Shown: piece by piece, positions 37,501 to 48,100 of the stretch
Position numbering within the stretch: position 1 is the first letter of the stretch
How the letters are laid out: each line of letters starts with the position of its first letter
Assembly (NCBI RefSeq): GCF_001194135.2
Contig: NC_068981.1
Span: 182,305,075-182,369,074, forward strand
DNA: 64,000 nucleotides
Direction of reading: 5' to 3'
Origin: Octopus bimaculoides
Lineage: Eukaryota
The notes under the pieces: generated by a model
Told to the model about the DNA's origin: nothing
Database searches by the model: none
What the model saw: only the letters and a program-made list of their open reading frames with translations
Position numbers and translations under genes: made by a program

Positions 37501-40500
37501 ATACAAAGTACAAAGGATAAAATACAGAAAGCCAGAAAAGCGAACAGTTAAATAGCCATAAAATGGAAAGGGTGTTTAGACATCAGGAATAAGCATTGGA
37601 GAATTTTGGGAAGCATATTTTTGAAGAAACTGTTGTACCTTCTGAACTAATATTAAAGCTACCTTAGAACAGTCAGTAATTGTTTTATTCTATTGTTACA
37701 CGTTAATAACAAATTTGTATGTAATATTTCATTTCAGGCAGAAGCTGTGATGCGAAAACTTGAACAAGAAGAAGAGAAGTTGGCTCACACTGACCCAGAT
37801 AAAAAGGTCTACCATTTGTGTATCGTCAATATGGTTATTGGGTATGTATTTTTAATGATGAAGTGTACCATAGAAATCATCAACATTTTATTTATTAAGA
37901 AGGTGAGCTGGCGGAATCATTAGCATCTAACAGACAAAATAGTTAGCAACATTTCTGGTTTTTTACATTCTGAGTTCAAATTTCACTGAAGTCAACTTTT
38001 CCTTTCGTTCTTTCAAGAATGGTAAAATAAATATCTGCTAGATATTGGGATCAATGTAATCAATTTACCCACTGCTACTAAAATTGCTGGCCTTGTGCTA
38101 AAATTACAAATATTTATTATTATTATTAGTAGTAGTAGTAGTACTATGAGGGTGGCAAGCTGGCAGAATTGTTAGCACACTGGACAAGATGTTTAGTGTT
38201 ATTTCATCTGCCGCTACATTCTGAGTTCAAATTCCACCAGGGTCGACTTTGCCTGTCGTCCTTTCAAAGTCGATAAATTAAGTATCCATTGGGGTTGATG
38301 TAATCGACTAGCCCCCTCCCCACAAATTTCAGGCCTTGTGCCTTTAGTAGAAAGGATGATTATTATTAGTATGTTCATCTTCAAGGCAGCAAGCTAACAG
38401 AACCATCAGCATACTGAACAGAATGCTTAGTGACATACATTCTTTCTGGCTTAATGTTTGGAGTTCAAATGCTGCAGTGATCAGCTTTGCATTTCATCCT
38501 TTTGGGGTCGATAAATTAAATATCTGTTGAGTACCAGGGGTGATGTAATCAATTTACCCAACCCCTTACAATTACTGATCCTGTGCCAAACTTTGAAATC
38601 ATCTAAAGTTGGCAAACTGACAGAATTGTTAACATGCTGGACAAAATCCTTAGCTCCATTTCATCTATTTTGACTTTCTGAGTTCAAATTCCACCAAGAG
38701 ACCTTTGGCATTATGTCGTGCTTGAGAAGAAGGCCCATTAAGCCAAGCAAAATCGCAGTCGTGGCAGATACCGGTGTCATGCAAATAGCACCCGTGCCGG
38801 TGGCATGTAAAAGCACCCATTACACCCTCAGAGTGGTTGGCATTAGGAAGGGCATCCAGCCGTAGAAAACCATGCCAAATCAGACTGGAGCCTGGCACAG
38901 CCTTCCAGTGTGCCAACCCAGTCAAACCGTTCAACCCATACCAGCATGGACAACAGACATTAAATGATGATGATGTTGATGACTTTGTCTTTCACCCTCT
39001 CAGGGTCAATAAAACAAGTACCAGTTGAGCCCTGGGGGTTGATGTAATCGACTAATCCCCTCCCCAAAATTTCAGGCCTTGAACCTATAAGAATTAGTAT
39101 GATCATCTTAACATCCATTTTCTCATATCACCAATTGTTTTAGTTTTGAAAAGAAAAAAAAAAGATTTGGTCATCTTTTCCACAATGTCTGGTAGTTCTG
39201 AGATCTAACTTCACTGCTTACTATGTAGTCTTTTATACTATAACTGAGACAAAGCAGATATACTTCCTCTTACTTTATTCTCTCGCATCATAAGAGCTGA
39301 TGAAGAATGGAAACACTCTTTGTAACTTCTCATACATTATAATGGTTTCTAACGAAGGCCACAAATTTTGGGAAAAATTATAGTAATCAACCATCAGTGT
39401 TTTATTGTATCAACTCTGGAAGAATAAAAAAGCTACGTTGACCATTATGGAATTTGAACTCAGAACAATGTCTTAAAGTTTTTAGTTATGTCCCTTTAAG
39501 GCAAGGGCTTTAATGATTCTGCCATCCACTGCTGATTCTCATACACTAGAATAAATAAAACAAGTTAGTTTACCCCCATCAGTTACTCCTTTATGCACTA
39601 AAATAGCTGTATACTCTCTGTTTTAACTTACAATCTCCTGCACTTCTTTCTTTCAGAACCCTTTACTGTGCTAAAGGAAACTATGAGTTTGGAATATCTC
39701 GTGTAATCAAGAGTTTAGAACCTTATCAGAAGAAGCTTGTGACCGACACCTGGTTTTATGCCAAGAGATGTTTCTTGTCTTTAATTGAAAACATGGCCAA
39801 GCACATGGTTATGATCCGTGATTCTGTTGTGCAAGAATGCATAACTTTTCTAGAACATTGTGAAAGTAAGTAAACTGCACTTGTTATTAATTACATAATC
39901 ATCTGTCCTCTCCTGATCTTATCCACCCCATTTTAGTGAACTCATCCACCCCATTTTTGTCTACCTTCTGACTCTTCGTCACTACCATCTTGTCTCTCTT
40001 TCCAGCTACTCCCACTCATTTGGGCCAGCTGCATGCATCTCATCTACAGCAAGTTACCTGTTCTTGTGTCCCTCTATCACACTGTAGCCACTCAACACCA
40101 GGCATAAAACCACCTCCCTTTCTATTATCACATCCCATTCAGTTGTGAGGGCTTTTTTTGTCTTGTGAATTACTTGGTGATTTCACTAGTGCACTCTGCA
40201 AAATGGCTGGCATTATTAAGGGCATCCAGCTGTAGAAAACCTGCCAAAGCAGACAGAGCTTGACGCAGTCTCTAGACTCATTGTATCCTATCAAACCTTG
40301 CTAGTTATGTAGCATGGAAGGTGAATGTTAAATAATGATGATGATAGAAAAGGATATCAAAGAATACATGTTAAATCATGAAAAATGATCCAGTAATCTT
40401 CACATTTTTTGCTACTCAATATTTTCTTGTTAGAAATCCATTTAATGCATTTCAGTAATTTCTTGAATGCAAAACGCTCTGATGGAATCTTCAAAATTCC

Positions 40501-41687
40501 AGCTAAAACTTTTGTATAGGTGCAGGCATTCTTTTATTCTTTTACTTGTTTCAGTCATTTTGACTGTGGCCATGCTGGAGCACTACCTTTTAGTCAAAGA
40601 AATTGACCCCTGGACTTATTCTTTCGGACTCTTTTGCTGAACTGCTAAGTTACAGAGACATAAACACACCAACATCGGTTGTCAAGCAATGGTGGAGGGA
40701 CAAACACAGACACAAGCATATATATATATATGACAGGGTTCTTTCAGTTTCCATCTACCAAATCCACTCACAAGGCTTTGGTCGGCACAAGGCTATAGTA
40801 GAAGACACTTGCCCAAGGTGCCATGCAGTGGAACGGAACTGTGTGGTTGGGAAGTAAGCTTCTTACCATACAGCCATGCCTGTGCCAGTGTAGTTAAAAA
40901 GTTTGCTTTGTAGTCACATGGTTTCAGGTTCAACCCTACTATATGGCATCTGGGCAAATGACTTATGATTGCCATTGGCTGACCAATGCCTTGTAAATGA
41001 ATGTAGTATTTTTATCATTTGCCTATGGAGAGGCAAACAAACCAACATCAGTCATCAAGCAGTGCAGAGACAAACGCAAAGATGCACAGATGCACAGACT
41101 TAAGTATATAGTTTCACCCATCAGCTTGTTGAACAAGCTGTTCTTTTTATGTGGCACTGGCATGAGTAATTTTTATATGGCACCAACAATGGTGCATGGT
41201 ACAGACATGGGACTCTTGTGAGGCAACCCCCCACCTTTAGCTGGGAGGGGAGCATTAGCAATTTGGTATCAAAAAAGTTAATAGTTGTATGGACAATGAC
41301 ATCCTGACATATAATCTTAACATTTAGTTGTGTTGTACTATGCTCTTAAATGAGACAATTGTACTAAAGAAGGAATGAAGATACCAAGTTGTATTAACTT
41401 CAGAAACATCTAAGTAGTATTTCAGTGAACTTAAATTGTTAAGGAACACAAAGAAAAGTTCATGTATTATAATTACTTCAAATCAACTGTGATGAATCAG
41501 TTTTTGCATTAAAATAACTAATTAAATAATGATTTACTTATTTGTCTAAAATTTTTATATTGTAGTCCATGGTCTTGAGGTGAAAGCCATGACAGAACAA
41601 CCTCTGGAAGAAGAACCATTAAATCCTGGAAAGAACACAGTTTCTTATGAAGCACGGATGTTGAAAAGCATTCTTATGCAGTTGTAG
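13844..41687 (+). CDS. IFT70: Intraflagellar transport protein 70 (TTC30/fleer/DYF-1), complete, 16 coding exons, 1938 nt, 645 aa
   Basis: Exons 13844-13897, 15537-15602, 16942-17151, 18337-18393, 19682-19750, 21450-21621, 22673-22801, 24410-24612, 24899-24964, 26470-26589, 30348-30424, 35086-35293, 36387-36458, 37738-37841, 39657-39865, 41566-41687. Phases are all consistent. Signature motifs EGEFTSTIY, LTDMPPRSEEELD, FPPETFGNLL, YFDLAADVLAEN, WKLNVAHVLFMQ, YHLCIVNMVIGTLYCAKGNYEFGISRVIKSLEPY, PGKNTVSYEARMLK. Confidence 0.97.
15537..15602 (+). CDS. IFT70: IFT70 exon 2
   Basis: cctaag/IRDQRYVDAVRLLNHQLETHPT/gtgagt. Confidence 0.9.
15653..16022 (+). mobile_element. RTE LINE 3' end (ORF C-terminus plus tandem-unit 3' UTR), runs into gap
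   Basis: LGLTEAMTTDRDLWKWAVREKTRQAK* (stop 15743-15745), then about 4 units of roughly 65 bp (cgttgccagtgccc...gagcgtggc) and the shared UTR. Other copies at about 1-66, 1190-1415, 2300-2445, 19010-19210(-), 28560-28755, 30085-30236, 30660-30870(-), 30968-31086, 31425-31760(-), 31800-32128, 38699-38975, 44903-45042(-), 45490-45665, 52342-52690(-), 58910-59090(-). Confidence 0.75.
16634..16848. mobile_element. Tc1/mariner-type MITE
   Basis: TIRs ...gggtactgaaaagttcctggcttt / aaagccaggaacttttcagcacccc..., TA flanks. Confidence 0.8.
16942..17151 (+). CDS. IFT70: IFT70 exon 3
   Basis: ctccag/SRAALSLLGYCHFQLQSFVDAADCYEQL...SDYQVK/gtatgt. Confidence 0.95.
18337..18393 (+). CDS. IFT70: IFT70 exon 4
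   Basis: tttcag/VTKLQAAIKYGEEDLPGAK/gtaaga. Confidence 0.95.
19682..19750 (+). CDS. IFT70: IFT70 exon 5
   Basis: ctacag/ALVDQCPPQDSDTELNQACILFK/gttagt. Confidence 0.93.
21022..21050 (+). ncRNA. Degenerate or truncated hammerhead motif in a PLE-type terminal fragment (about 20840-21140)
   Basis: [gap]GTTGA-A-GAGC-GTA-GCTC-GAAA-CG-TC: stem II, GAAA, palindromic ACGT stem III and GUC site. The first core bases are lost in the gap and A6 is T. Confidence 0.5.
21450..21621 (+). CDS. IFT70: IFT70 exon 6
   Basis: caatag/ENHFEEACKKF...EIIERGAQEHP+G/gtaaaa. Confidence 0.95.
21921..22307 (-). mobile_element. tRNA-derived SINE, family D
   Basis: Minus-strand head GGAGGCGCAATGGCCCAGTGGTTAG...GGTTTCGATTCC, (AAC)n tail, TSD ccaccaccact. 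Confidence 0.8.
22381..22595. mobile_element. piggyBac-type MITE
   Basis: TTAA-cccattagca...cactaaaggg-TTAA; a reverse-oriented relative lies at 34765-34982. Confidence 0.75.
22673..22801 (+). CDS. IFT70: IFT70 exon 7
   Basis: ttgtag/LDIGMTTMGLETRSVGNTLVLQETGLVQAFNLKANIEYQLKN/gtaagt. Confidence 0.95.
24410..24612 (+). CDS. IFT70: IFT70 exon 8
   Basis: ttttag/KAAREALTDMPPRSEEELD...FPPETFGNLLILYIKYE/gtaaat. Confidence 0.96.
24899..24964 (+). CDS. IFT70: IFT70 exon 9
   Basis: tctcag/YFDLAADVLAENAHLTFKYLMP/gtaagt. Confidence 0.96.
25255..25830 (+). mobile_element. Old degenerate RTE ORF remnant
   Basis: Patches translate as WKCCYENLLSVENA, ITVECLKIFGEVGSELIT, LEVVDS..LG, and LRMKGRL...AMLHGS...AEDV..VERNE. 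Confidence 0.6.
26470..26589 (+). CDS. IFT70: IFT70 exon 10
   Basis: ctctag/ELYDFLEAVIMRQTSPEDAYRKLDEMASRKTETLRKLTKQ/gtaatt. Confidence 0.95.
26804..27613 (+). mobile_element. Internally deleted RTE LINE: RT fragment with inserted PHD-type finger joined to the family 3' UTR
   Basis: VGVHQGSVL...LLYADDLAL...GLRVNLAKTEVL...WPCSICRK/GVGRNSIRCTWCKLWTHKRC...VCGK/C...LEVIDSFRYLG (1 stop, 2 frameshifts), then 3' UTR units and a (GAT)n tail. Confidence 0.85.
28909..28948 (-). ncRNA. Minimal type I hammerhead ribozyme in the terminal region of a Penelope-like element
   Basis: Minus strand reads CCA-CTGATGA-G-GTCACA-GAAG-TGTGAC-GAAA-GAA-CTC-TGG: complete core CUGAUGA/GAAA, 6-bp stem II, minimal stem III, CUC cleavage triplet, stem I CCA/UGG. 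Confidence 0.8.
29047..29696. other. Assembly gap (largest). Others: 2391-2400, 12354-12373, 16023-16475, 21012-21021, 23576-23713, 33560-33650, 34398-34407, 53303-53609
   Basis: Runs of N. Confidence 0.99.
30348..30424 (+). CDS. IFT70: IFT70 exon 11
   Basis: ttcaag/VQQSKQNGDEEALKKAVNEYDDALE+AC/gtaagc. Confidence 0.93.
32690..33065 (+). repeat. GT/ATGT-rich low-complexity tract
   Basis: Degenerate (GT)n/(ATGT)n; source of several spurious His/Thr-rich ORFs. Confidence 0.8.
34281..34646 (+). repeat. Minisatellite, about 60-bp unit with tttaatgccagaaa subrepeats
   Basis: gaaaaacctgcc recurs at 34281 and 34341 and about 6 times in total; 10-N gap inside. Confidence 0.9.
35086..35293 (+). CDS. 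IFT70: IFT70 exon 12
   Basis: catag/YIPILMQQARIHWDMENY...WKLNVAHVLFMQEKYK...KKNYEQ/gtaagt. Confidence 0.96.
35387..35598. mobile_element. Tc1-type MITE with internal 85-bp duplication
   Basis: TIRs cagggtgtccacaaagtctgggtacatgggg / ccccatgtacccagactttgtggataccctg, TA flanks. Confidence 0.85.
35611..35849 (+). mobile_element. tRNA-derived SINE, family B, LINE-like tail
   Basis: Same head and core; 12-bp TSD tagatgtaaata. Further copies with this tail at about 43585-43790 and 50408-50630. Confidence 0.85.
36387..36458 (+). CDS. IFT70: IFT70 exon 13
   Basis: ttctag/LQDISAIVLANLCVSYIMTNQNEE/gtaagt. Confidence 0.96.
36536..36726 (+). mobile_element. Mariner deletion derivative (191 bp)
   Basis: TIRs ttgggttgtccagaaagtt..gctgattt / aaatcagcacaaactttccggacaacccaa; interior encodes the transposase C-terminus FREEGIFKLKERW. 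Confidence 0.8.
36841..37188 (-). mobile_element. Possible highly decayed piggyBac transposase remnant
   Basis: ATCMKTLGSERCHWIMRHIRFCTD and WAVNDEFGIHGC loosely resemble piggyBac motifs (MSRxRF...LRFDD; VDE...F.GR). Weak. Confidence 0.25.
37738..37841 (+). CDS. IFT70: IFT70 exon 14
   Basis: tttcag/AEAVMRKLEQEEEKLAHTDPDKKVYHLCIVNMVI+GG/gtatgt. Confidence 0.96.
39657..39865 (+). CDS. IFT70: IFT70 exon 15
   Basis: tttcag/TLYCAKGNYEFGISRVIKSLEPYQKKLVTDTWFYAKRCF...FLEHCE/gtaagt. Confidence 0.96.
41566..41687 (+). CDS. IFT70: IFT70 exon 16 (terminal, stop TAG)
   Basis: tgtag/HGLEVKAMTEQPLEEEPLNPGKNTVSYEARMLKSILMQL*. Confidence 0.94.
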
Positions 41688-42143
41688 CCGATGAAATTTA
41701 CAGAAGGATGCAATCAGTAAATTTTATCCATTCTATCAGTGACTAACACACTGCTAATGTTCTGACTGTTACATTTTATAACACAAGACTACACAGAAAC
41801 TATCGTCATACTGAGACCATTACATCACACTTTACAACACAGCTATAAATATATCGTAAATGTTGCAATTAATACCAATCCACTCACTACACCACACATA
41901 CAATCTACACCTCATGTCACACCAAACCATGAACAACAAAAAGAAAAATTTGGAAAAATATTTCATTATATATTTAATTGTATTAATAATTATTTTCTTA
42001 AAACCATTATAATGTTGTCATTAAATTATTTGAACATCTTTCTGATATTTTCACACACATAATCAATCATAAATGTTTCTGTAGATATCTTAATTCTCCA
42101 TGGTGGAATGTTTTCTTGTTTTTGTTACAAACGCCGTTAGAAT

Positions 42144-42176
42144 TCACAACTTAGATGAAGTGAGCCAAGAGAATTC
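42144..42176 (-). CDS. HACL1: HACL1 terminal exon
   Basis: ttttag/[10 protein letters not shown](TGA); matches the recalled human end DFHWLTRSNM*. Confidence 0.92.
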   Translation of the reverse strand, partial: EFSWLTSSKL

Positions 42177-45100
42177 CTAAAAAGAACAAAAACAAGAGTG
42201 AATTGAAAAATTGAAAAATTGAAAAATTGCAGAACTTAAAATGTCATACTGTTCTTAAAAATTACATTTTCCTTGAAATAAATATTTATGATAAAATGCT
42301 TTAGAAACATTTATTGCTAAAAGATGACTTTACCATAACACTTAACTACTGAATATATGTTAACTTCACATTAACTATTGTGCTGTGTATATTCTTTGTA
42401 ACTTGTAGCATGATTACATCAGGGTTTATGTGGTGACCTGGCAGCATCATTAGCACATGGGACAAAATGCCACTTAGCATTTTGTCTGTCCTTATACTCC
42501 GAGTTCAAATTCTGCTGGGGTCGACTTTGCCTTTCATCCTTTCAGGGTCAATAAAATAAGTACCAGTTGAACACTGGGGTCAATATAATCAACCAGTGTC
42601 CTTCCTGAAAATTTCAGCCTTTTTGTCTGTAGTAGAAAGGATTGGTGCCACATAAAAAGCACCAGTAAAGTGGATGGTGCTAGGAAATGTATCCAGCCAT
42701 AGAAACCATGCCAAAACAAATAATTTGAACCTGATGCAGTTCTTTGGCTGGCTGGCTTCTGTCAAATTACCCAACACATGCCAGCATGAAAAATGGATGT
42801 TAAATGATGATGATGAATTAAGGCTGCAAATTAGTAGAATTGTTTGAATGTTGGACAAAATTACTTTCAATTAAGCTTTTTGTTTCCCATGAAACAGGCC
42901 ATCAATGATTTTTTCCCACTGTTCTTAACTTTGGGCTGTCAAGGCCCTTATTATAGTGCCCTGAAAGGAGGCCTTCCTCTCCCAGGTTTTGTTTTCTAGT
43001 TAGGGGTGTTGACCCTACGAAAGCACATTTCTACTTTTGAGAGGTGATCCATATTAGTCTGGCCTCTATCCTTTGATGTGTCCAGCTTGAGAAGTCCTGT
43101 CAGAATCTTTCACTTTGTTGGTCACTTTCTCTGGGTCACTGAGGCACTCAAGCCATCACACTGCAACAAGGACTGGACCTGGTGGCAGGTTGGACAAAAC
43201 ACTTTGCAGTATTTCTTTCAGCTCTTTACATTCTAAGTTCAAAACCTGCTGAGGTCAACTTCACCTTTTATTCCCTAGGGCTGATAAAATAGAGTACTAG
43301 TCAGTGAGGCCAATGACATTAACTTAACCCTTCCCCTCAAAATTTCAGGACTTTCATTTAAATGAGTAACCATTATTACAACAGGGTTTGATAAACTTTT
43401 GAGAAATGAAGAGTGAAGGTGGCTCAATAGAGTTGACAGTCAACAAACCTAGTTAGAAAACAAGTTAGATTATGAGACTATGTTCTGCCTCTGGTCTCAA
43501 TCCAATGACAACACTAGGGTTTCAGCTCATACTCTGCAGGTAACAAATATAATTTCGGAGGTGTACTTGTCACACAAATGATTTGGTGGCGAGCTGGCAG
43601 AAATGTTAGCACGCCGGGCGAAATGCTTAGCGGTATTTCGTCTGCTGCTATGTTCCGAGTTCAAATTCCGCCGAGGTCGACTTTGCCTTTCATCCTTTCG
43701 GGGTCGATTAAATAAGTACCAGTTGCACACTGGGGTTGATATAATCGACTTAATCTGCTTGTCTGTCCTTGTGGGTAGTAAAGAAATAACATATGATTTG
43801 AGCCAAAAGCAAGAGTTGAAACTAAAACAATTGCAGCATGGAAGACACATATCAGCCATTCAAAAACACTGTTCACATTACTTTAACACTTATTATTTGG
43901 TGTCAACATTTTCATAACTCCAATTGCAATGTGATCACAAAAACTTTTGGCATCAAATGATAAAAGTTAATTTGACAGTCTTTGTGCATTCTTGAATGGC
44001 TTAATATGTGTCTTCCATGCTGTAATTGTTCAACTAATATAATATGTTACAGTTAGTATTAGGCTACCAAAAAAAAAAGCAATCTCTTGATCTGTAATCT
44101 CCCTCAGCCAATGGCATACAAAGTGAAACAATGGAAAACTACAAACCTGTGTCTTCCGAGTGGCAACTGGGTCGATTAAGATGTTGAACAGATAAGCTCC
44201 ATCTTCATCTTCCATTGCATTCTTAAAACCTTTACACAGTTCCTCTGGGGTCCTCACCAGGTGACCTTTGCCACCAAAGGCTTCCATAACTTTGTCATAA
44301 CGAGTTTCTGGAGTTAGAGCTGTAGGCGGGGCCCTGCAAAAGCAATCAATATGTTCTTGTGACTTTTCAGAAAAGTAGAAGAAACCCCTGTAATCCATCT
44401 GCCCTCTACTGGCTCATGAATTAAGTCAAACTTCATGAAAAATATTGGTTATCATTGAATATTCAGAGCAAAGCTGGATTTATAACAACCGTGAGTAAAG
44501 ATAGTCTTTAGAAAGTGTTATTTTCAGTTGTAAGTTCTTTGTGAGTAGAGGAGGAGGAACGATATGTGTTGTTTTGAGATTATATATATATATATATTTA
44601 TCATTGTCATCATTTAACAGCCACTTTCCATGATGGCATGGGTCGGACAATTTGACAGGGAACTGGTGAGCTGCAGGCTCTAATGTCCTCTTTGGCAACA
44701 TTTCTACCAAAGATGACACTGGAGCCGGTAGCTCACTGTTTCCCAATCAAACCGGGCATTTGGACTGTCCAATAGAGGCTTCATAGTTGAAACTTTGAAA
44801 TAACTGTCAAATTTTATCTTGTTAAAATATATATATATATTATGTACGTGTGTGTGTGTGTGTAACTATAGTATACAGACTGAAACAAGGTATATATATA
44901 TATCATCATCATCGTTTAACGTCCGCTTTCCATGCTAGCATGGGTTGGACGATTTGACTGAGGACTGGTGAAACCGGATGGCAACACCAGGCTCCAATCT
45001 AATTTGGCAGAGTTTCTACAGCTGGATGCCCTTCCTAACGCTATATATATATTGTGTAAGTTTTGGTGCTGCTGATAGAAGACTAGATTGCAGTTTGTTT

Positions 45101-48100
45101 AAATTCCTTGTGGCAAAGTAAATGATTCATCAATGAATGGAAACATTTATGTAAGAAATATATCATAATACATAACCGGCAAGTCCACTAAGTCTAGCAC
45201 AAGGAATTAGAAGCAGCTGTTGGTTATCAATGTATAACAAGACTTATCATGTAACATCCTCACTTTCTGTGTGCCTGGGTTCTAACATCCTGAAAGTATG
45301 CCCTGGTACATCGCCACCATCTCTCTTGCTCTCTTCCACCGACTGGGGTAACCAGGTATCTCTGCTACAGCAAGACACCTGTTTCTGTTCCTCTGTCATA
45401 TTTTAAACTCTCATTACCTGGCACAAAACCATTCCCCTTCTCAGTTGATGAATTCTTGTCTTGCAAGTTACACAGTGATTTCACCAAATGTTGGTACTAT
45501 GTAAAAAGTATCCAGGCCACTCTGTAAAGTGGTTGACATTAGGAAGGGCATCCAGCTGTAGAAACCATGCTAAAGTAACAGTGGAGCTTGGTGCAATCCT
45601 CAGGCTTAGCAGCGCCTGTCAAACTGTCCAACCCATGCCAGCATGGAAGATGGACTCTAAATGATGGTATTTATATATAGCTGCATCCTTTGTTTATAAG
45701 TGGTTATATATATATATATAATGTAAATGACAGATTTTTCTTGCCCCATGTTTCACACTGAGTACCACCACCTGGCTTGTGAATGCCACTAAAAGCCTCC
45801 ATGGGCCAAGTGATGGTATTTGACCAGGTAACAGGTTTAGTCCATGACTCAACATACTAGAAATAACAGTCAACTTCTCAAACCACCTTCTGCTATCTCA
45901 GAAAAAAAAAAGAAAAGAAAAGGAAGAGAACAGTTGATAAATTGTCTGCAAAATAAAAAAAAAAAACAGATGATCACAGTGATCGGCTTAATCAGGGTTG
46001 ACTTGGGCTAAACAATAACACCAATAACAGCATTTTTCAAGACGTCAAAAAGTACAGGATCAGCAATGTTCAAGAGATGATGAAATGGGAAACCTTTGGT
46101 CATAGCTCTGATCAACCAGGGCTAACTTAGGGCTAAACAATAACAGGATTATAAGATTCCTTTCTGAGTTGCCAAAGGAAAACTTACACGAGAGTCATGT
46201 CATCTTCCTGAAGGTAATTCCAACTCTCACCATCCAAACCACTGTAGATTCCATTATTGTTAAAGACAAGAAATATTATTGGCAGTTTATATCTGGAAGG
46301 AGAGAAGAGTTAATGATTAGTTGTTATTGAATAAGAAATGCTATAGAATGATTCAGGAGACCCTTACAGATATATACAAGGGGGAGAGAAACCATTGAAG
46401 ACCTAGACTGAGATTCAATGATACTGAAAAGAAGGAACATAAAGTGGAAAGGAATTGATAATAATAAATAGTAAATTCAAGTGAAAAACCTATCAGTATG
46501 GAGAAGGCTTATCAAGTCATGCCAAAGCCATGAACAGTCATAGTCACAATCACTGACTGCAAATAATAACAATACATGCATACATAGCCATTATAGTAGA
46601 TATACAGGGTGGCCCACAAGTAGGTTTACAGTTATTCAACTATCTCTTTCGCATTCATATATTAACAGTTTAGATCTTAATTATAAAAAAAAAATATGAA
46701 TCCATTATTCTATGCTAATTTAGTTAATTTTGTCAAGCTCCCTTTTCAGTTTCAAAGATAGAAATTTAAATGTAAAAAAAGTTTTTAAAGGAATTTAAAA
46801 TGCCTACGTGCTAACTGTAAACCTACTTTTGGGCCACCCTGTATAAACCAGCATTTCGCATGTCAATGTTCTGAGTTCAAATTCCACTGAGGTCGATTTT
46901 GCCTTTCATCCTTTCAGGTGCAATAAAATAGATACCAGTTAAGTACTGGGGTTGATGCAGTCAACTTACTTCCTCCCTCGAAATTGCTGGCCTTGTGCCA
47001 AAATTTGAAATCAATATTAACCAACATGAAAGATAAAAAACAAGTGAACTGACAGTGGCTGAGCGTTAAAGCCGTCAGCTAATGCATACAGGAGAGATGA
47101 CTTGTGGACAATTGATGTGAATGAATGATAAGTGAAAAGACGAAAGATTACCACAAACTATTGTTAGAGGGTATCCATTGCAGAAGAAAGCTAAGGAAGA
47201 CATGGAGGGAAAAAAGTAATGAGGTTGAAGTTCAGGATGTTCAAGACTCAAAGATGAACTGACAAAGGATCATAAGTGTTGAAATGCTGCCTAATTCATA
47301 ACAGCTTGAAAAAGTGGATTTTAAAACATTGATGAACCTGTTGATTAATATATATTTCAGGTGAGCTGGCAGAACTCTTAGCATGCCAGACGTATTGCTT
47401 AGTGGCATTTATTCTGCCTTTACATTCTCAGTTCAAATGCTACCAAGGTTGATGTAGCCATTAATCTTTTGGGGTTGAGAAGGCAAGTACCAGTTGAGCA
47501 CTGAAGTCAATGTAATCAACTTGTCCCCTCTCACACATTTCAGGCCTTGTGCCTATAGAAGAAAGAATTAATATACATTTCAATACAACTATCCCTTACA
47601 TAATATTTTGGATGTGGTGCACCTTATGAAAATTCTCAATATATGTGTGGCAAAAATATTTATTTTCCCCACAATAAAAACCTGTACCAATCTACTCTTC
47701 TTCTTCAACTTTCCCTACAATCTCTGAAATCATCTTACCGGCATACAGTCTCCAATTCCATTGCTGAGAAACCAATGGCACTGTCTCCTTCAACACAAAT
47801 CACACGCTTCTTACCGCCTTTCTCCTTACACCAGAATGCAGCTGCTATTGCAAATCCTATACCAACACCCATCGTTCCAAAACTCCCAGCATCAAGCCTG
47901 AAAATCATGAATACAAATATAACATCATTTAAGTCTATATATATAAAAGGGATATTCTGTTCATTCATTTGTTTGTTTGTCCTATAAAGTGAAAGTAAAT
48001 GGTTCAAGGGAAGCAACACTAATTATGCACAAACCTATGATGAACTGAATTGAGGCAATTATTCTCACTGGTTGTGGTAAACGCAACACCGTCTTTGTTC

